Source: Ministeria vibrans ATCC 50519 (lineage: Eukaryota; Protista; Filasterea). From it: a stretch of DNA of 64,000 nt. The stretch lies in the NCBI GenBank assembly GCA_943704425.1, contig CALSCP010001214.1, positions 19,606 to 83,605 on the forward strand, written 5' to 3'. Made by a program: the position numbers and the translations under genes. Positions 58,901 through 64,000 of this stretch are shown piece after piece (the first letter of the stretch is position 1; each line of letters starts with the position of its first letter). A model generated the notes under the pieces. It was not told the origin of the DNA. It saw only the letters and a program-made list of their open reading frames with translations, and ran no database searches.

Positions 58901-60521
58901 CCAGAATGGTGGCACGTGCGTGAACGCTCTTGCGGGCTTCACGTGTGTGTGTGCCTCGGGATCGACATTGGTGAGTGCGACGTACTGCAACGACATTAGC
59001 AGTGTGACGGTCATTCCAGCGGGCACGACGACCACCCTGACCAACGCAAATGGAAACGTGTCCATTTCGGTGCCGGCATTTGCCGTGAGCAGTCCCACCA
59101 ACATCCAAGTGTCGGTACTGACCAACAGCGAGTCGTCGAACGCCATTGACAAGACGTCACTTCCGAGTGCGTCCACGAGCGTGTCGGTAGTGCTGCTGCC
59201 GCACGGAACAACCTTTGCATCGCCCGTGTGCATAACGATTCCGGTGCTGAAGACGGCGATCGAAGATGGCACCCTTAAGGTGTACAAGGCGTCGAGTGCC
59301 TCGTCGGACGACTGGGTTGAGCTGACGGTGACGTCAACGAACCTGGCTGCGAGCACTGCGACGATCTGTGTGACGTCGTTCAGTGTGGTGACGTCGACGG
59401 GCGGTACGAGTGGGTCGGGCCAGACGGGCGCGGGTGGTGGTGTTTCGATTGGTGTGGTGGCGGGCATTGCGGGTGCAGTCATTGGCGTGCTGGCGATCGT
59501 CCTCATTGTGTGGTATATGCGCAACCGCTCGCCCAACAACCCCATGGTGGTGGGCAAGTCGCGCAATGACATTGAGATGGCCGCGTACGGCTACAGCAAG
59601 AAGAACAAGCGGAGACAGTCAGAGCGCACGTTTGCCGCAAACGAAGAGGGTGCCTTCCTGTTCCACGTGGACAACGACATGGACGAGTCGTCGCCGTTGC
59701 AGTCACCGGCCAGCGCCATTCGCAACGTGGCCCCCGAGGCGCTGTACGACGCTGACCGTGCGCGTGCGGCGAAGCCCTCGCAGTTCCTGGCACCCCCGGC
59801 ACCCGCCGCTGCTTCGTCGACGAGCGACACTCTCGACTTTGCTGAGCCCGACGTGGAGAAGCCGACGTTGGTGCTGACTGGTGGTGCAGCGCCTCGCGAC
59901 TCGTCTGCCGATGCCAAGCCGACGTTGGTGCTGACTGGTGGTGCAGCGCCTCGCGACTCGTCTGCCGATGTGGCCGTGCCCAAGCCAACCTTGATCCTGT
60001 CGGGTGGTGCGGCGCCGCGCGACTCGTCTGCCGACGCAGCTGTGACCCCGTTGCTGGCGGCACCACCCTCGGCCAACCCGTTCCGTGTGGGCCACGCCGG
60101 GCTATTCCTCAATGCACCTGAGTCGTCGTCGGATGCGCCTGCAGCCGCACCGGCGGCGCCGGGCGTGTTCACATTCAACACAGTCCCTGGCGAGTCTGAG
60201 TCGACGGATGTGGGGTCACATCCGCCGGCGATTGAAAGTCTCTCGTTCAACTCGGAGACGGACGACATCACGGCACTGTCGCCGGCCGACTCTTCCGCCG
60301 CACCACCTGCGCTCGACATGAGCTCGTACCTCAACCGCCGCGCATCGCTTATGCTGGGTGAGGACACCGAGCTCGAGCCAGCGCCTGTCGAGCCAGCCGT
60401 TGATATGAGCACATACCTTAACCGTCGAGCATCGCTTCTGCTTGGTGAGGATGTCGAAGTGGACGACGACAACGACGATGCGGTCGATGTCGGTGTTGCT
60501 AATGATGAAGAGGGGTGTTGA
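49293..60521 (+). CDS. Giant type I receptor (~3,450 aa). Signal peptide, roughly 70 EGF repeats, RRRR site, membrane-proximal ZU5-like domain, TM helix and ~330-aa repetitive acidic tail. Exons approx 49293-49352, 50001-50156, 50316-50343, 50431-60521
   Basis: Exon 1 is MNGSLVLFAFLLALASAHIH|gtaagg, followed by the 3328-aa ORF of cbEGF repeats. The ZU5-like region is VSISVPAFAVSSPTNIQVSV…VVLLPHGTTFASPVCITIP. TM is VSIGVVAGIAGAVIGVLAIVLIVWYM. Confidence 0.9.
59859..60036 (+). repeat. Three copies of KPTL(V/I)L(T/S)GGAAPRDSSAD in the receptor tail (first two are near-identical 57-bp direct repeats)
   Basis: Read directly from sequence and translation. Confidence 0.9.
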
Positions 60522-60720
60522 TTGCACAAAGAGATCGAGATTGAGTGAGAGAAGGAGAGACTGACAGATACAGAGTGAGAGAGACAGAGAGAGGGAGAGA
60601 GAGAGACATACTTTCTAATCCATTTTTAAAAGTACAATTCCATAATAATAATTATTTTTTACAACTTTCGTCGAAATAATAAGTTAAGGTGTGTTTAATA
60701 ATATGTTAGAGAGGGTAAAG

Positions 60721-61414
60721 TCACTGGACAAAACGTTGCATAGAGAGGGAAGCGAGAGCGTGAGTGGCAGTGAGGGTGTCATCGTCGGCCTGGCTGAGCG
60801 GGAGTCGGGGCAGTGGGACAAGCGGGGCCCACTGATGGGCGACGGCACGCATGACGCCGATGGCGGAGAAGCAGGGAGGCTGAGTGATGATGTGGGGGGG
60901 CAAAGAGATGATGTGGTCGGCGGCGGTGGTGGCAGAGAGAGTGAGAAGGAGAGACTCGACGCAGGCAGAAGGGCTACTGGTGGTGGTGGCAGCGGCGGGG
61001 GAGAGCATGGAGTCGAGGAGAACGAGGATGCGGCCATGCGGTGTGTGTGTGCGGATAGTAGAGACGAGGTTAGCCCAGGTGTCCGGGTGAAGAATCAAGT
61101 CGAAGGAGATGTGAACAATAGTGGTGTGTGGGATGAACGAGTCGAGTAACGGGGCGACAATGTTGCGGGTTGCTGAGGCGTAGTCGCTGTCGGAGACGTG
61201 AAGGGTACCGCCGCTCGCCACAAGGGGAATGTTGGCGTTGGTGCGAGTAGAGCCCACGGAGGCAATGTGATCGCGGGCGTGGCTGGTAGCCTCGCCGTGA
61301 AGCGAGATGGTGAGAACAGAGGCGTCGTTGCCCAGGTGCCATTCCGTGTTGCGCGCATGTCGGTTGCCGATGCTCACAATGGCAACGCGGGTTGCATCGC
61401 CACCGCTGGCGCAC

Positions 61415-61451
<37 letters not shown>

Positions 61452-62890
61452 GAATGGTACGCGCGGCGAGGACTGCGTGGTTAAAGATGGGGGTCGTTGG
61501 GGTGGTGGGGTTGCTGGAGAGAGTGGGCGCAACAATGGCTAAGCCACTGGCGCATTGTTGTTGAGCGAGACGCATTGCGAGGTGTGCGACCGAGCTTGCT
61601 GAGAGACGAGCGCACACGTCAGTGGTGTGTCGTGCAATGAAATCGTTGGGGTAGACGAGACGCAGGACATCGTCAGTGGCAATGGTACCGTCGACAAGAC
61701 AACCGTCATGAACGGCCGACTCGATGGACTGACGAATGGTGGCAAGGGCAGCGTGGGGGCCGGAGCATGAGCACTCGGGCATGGCCAAGGAGGTGCGCTC
61801 GGCGCGCACCTTGGGAACGTATCGCCGGGGTGTCCACGACGTGGCCGTGGCAGTGGCAGTGGCGTTAGCGGTGGAGGGGAAGGAGGAGGACACGGTCGTC
61901 TGTGGCGATGCGGTGGTTGACTTTGTGGCTCTGACGGGGGTTCGGCCCACCGGTGGTTGGTGAAGTCTGGTGAACATCTTGAGGCGTTGTTCGAGAACAC
62001 GCTTGAAGCGGTCGGCGGTTTGGGTGGGGGAACTCCAGGAGCCGGCGCGTGGACGGGAGGAGCACTTTGCCTTGGCAACGCGAAACCGGGAGGGAGTCGG
62101 GACGCCCGTGATGGACAGGGTTGGGGGCGGAGGGGACGACGGCAGCGACGATGAGGGTGATGGTGTCGCGTGGGGCGGCGGGGACGGAGAGATCTTTTTC
62201 AGGAAAATGGGCACTGACGAGTGGGAGAGAGAGCGACGTCTGCAAAAGGTACGATTAAAATAGATGAGACCGACGGAGGTGAGCAATGCTGCGAGGAGAG
62301 AGCCGCGCGCACTGCATGTAGGATAACAGCACATGGTGCAAGGTATGGGAGGCGCGGGAATGCGGGAAGCGGGCGGAGAAGAGTCGAATGGAACGCAAAA
62401 AGTGAAGACATTCCTCTGACAGATGAAAGTTGACGTCAGTACGCCCATTCTTGAATTTTTGCGCTGACTTTGGCATAAGCCGGTTGGGGGAGAAAGAGGA
62501 CGGCAGACGGCACACGCTTTGCGGGTTGTTGTCGGTGAGAGGGGTGGGGGTGTGGGAAAGTGGAAGAGGAAGAGCTGAACGCAGCGGGAAGGGCAGAGGC
62601 GACGGAGCAAAGAGGCAAAGTGCCCGAATTCAGTGGGCTCTGTGTTGATCAAGTGCATACCTGCCGGAATGGTGCTGCCTCATGACCGCCTGCACTTGCT
62701 CGTGCACAGGGGCTGCGCTGTTGAGTGACATGGCGGGCGACTGTGGTCTGCGGGTGGGCGGAGAGGCGGGGGACGAGGGTGCTTCCGTCGCGCGGAATGT
62801 CACCACTTTGCTGATCAATGTCGCTTGTTCGACGGGCGTTACGTCGAGGCTCTTGCGGCGTTGACGTTCTCCACCCTCGACTTGGGGCAT
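60721..62890 (-). CDS. Class IIa histone deacetylase-like (HDAC4/5/7/9-like) protein with a degenerate catalytic site
   Basis: Colinear HDAC-domain segments ECSCSG, ATDDVLRLVY, GLAIVAP, FNHAVLAAR, RVAIVS, VLTISLH, NANIPL, SDSDY…IVAPLLDSFIP…ISFD and GRILVLLD. The C-terminal TATHALASLSM resembles the HDAC4 NES region (TVTAMASLSV). The 5' exon structure between 62661 and about 62250 is uncertain. Confidence 0.75.
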
Positions 62891-63112
62891 TGTGCACAGA
62901 GAAGGAAAAGTGAGCAAAGCCGAATTACAAAAGTGTGTCTTATCTTATCATTTCCTTCGGGAAGTGATCTTGATTTTTCAAATCTGTAGTTCATGTTCTG
63001 AATAAATTATTGATCACTCAATTACTCAATATTCATCGAAGATCGCATTCTTTTGCGTTCTCTTCTGCACCTTCATCCTCTCGCGTGTACCCGAGTCATT
63101 GATCTGCGTGTC

Positions 63113-63241
63113 ATGTCGAAACTCGTTCTGGAATTGACACCCAACTTGCAAAAAGGCGTGAGCCAAATTAACGAATGTTCGGAGAAGCTCGGCGTTGTCT
63201 TGGGCCGTATTGTCAGCAAATTGCATTTGAGGGTCAGTCGT

Positions 63242-63276
<35 letters not shown>

Positions 63277-63711
63277 TGTATTATTATGAATGGTGATTAT
63301 TTGTCTTAATGAGACACATCGTGAGTGTGTGCGGGTGTGTATGTGTGTGCGTGCGTTGGTGCAGACTGTGTGTTGCGGTGTGTCGATGTGTGGATATGTG
63401 TGGGGTGTGAGTGAGGAGATACTCTGAGCGTATTGACTGAACCTGCTCCTTGTTCGGAACCGTCTGGCTTTGAACACCCAGCATGGCGTGTGTGTGGGCC
63501 ACGCCGTTGGTGTGTGTTGGTCGCTGTGAGATGGCAACCGTTGAATAACACTCAAAAACGTTTCATTTTCGTTTTCCTTTTTTTTTTTTTTTGACATTAG
63601 GACGAAAGAGCATTCAGCGCAGAAGAAGAACAGTCTCTTGCCGATGTGCTTGGCATTGGGGAGGAGTCGGTTGCGCTTGTGATTGAGACAGCGTCCTATC
63701 TATTTCAAGAG
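63113..63711 (+). CDS. COMMD10: COMM domain-containing protein 10, first two exons (63113-63233, 63601-63711), 3'-partial
   Basis: MSKLVLELTPNLQKGVSQINECSEKLGVVLGRIVSKLHLR|DERAFSAEEEQSLADVLGIGEESVALVIETASYLFQE resembles human COMMD10 (…[22 protein letters not shown]…LVLETISFILEQ). Confidence 0.85.
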
Positions 63712-63780
63712 GTAACACAAGAAGTTCTCTTTTGCTTAGTGCGTCTCGATTGTTTCTCTCTCTCTCTCACTTTGTCTTCT

Positions 63781-63912
63781 CTATCACTTTGCTTTTCTCT
63801 CTCACCACTTTGTCCTCTCTATTGCTTTGCTTTTCTCTCTCACCACTTTGTCCTCTCTATCACTTTGCTTTTCTCTCTCACCACTTTGTCCTCTCTATCG
63901 CTTTGCTTTTGT
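63781..63912 (+). repeat. Intronic minisatellite, 38-bp unit, about 3.5 copies (ctatcactttgcttttctctctcaccactttgtcctct)
   Basis: Units start at 63781, 63819, 63857 and 63895. Confidence 0.85.
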
Positions 63913-63952
63913 CTCATCACTTTCTCTCTCTCTCTCTATCACTTTGTTTCTT

Positions 63953-63998
<46 letters not shown>

Positions 63999-64000
63999 TT

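Overview
A gene-dense, intron-rich eukaryotic window. It has GT-AG introns filled with (AG)n, (AC)n, (AAT)n and poly-A/T tracts, GC-rich long exons, the standard genetic code and several N gaps. The gene content (PTB domain, filamin repeats, TMC, class IIa HDAC-like, Notch-type cbEGF arrays) suggests a unicellular holozoan such as a filasterean or choanoflagellate; this is an inference. I reconstructed 16 genes by eye: GET3/ASNA1, ASNSD1, a secreted ~3,100-aa EGF/LamG protein, a 36-EGF single-pass receptor, a PTB+filamin-repeat protein, a secreted DOPA-dioxygenase-like protein with a knottin-like tail, TSR1, RAD9, CAND1, ACAD10/11, an intronless F-box/ankyrin gene, a truncated CHMP2B, a TMC channel, a ~3,450-aa EGF+ZU5-like receptor, a degenerate class IIa HDAC and COMMD10. 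The most unusual observation is that EGF modules act as insertion chassis: four bacterial-like beta-sandwich domains and one furin site each sit in the same Cys3-Cys4 loop. Also notable are the EGF/furin/ZU5 receptor lying head-to-head (150 bp) with a TMC channel, a filamin-like protein with PTB in place of the actin-binding CH domains, and 11 consecutive genes in strictly alternating orientation. All domain calls come from motif recognition, not database searches.
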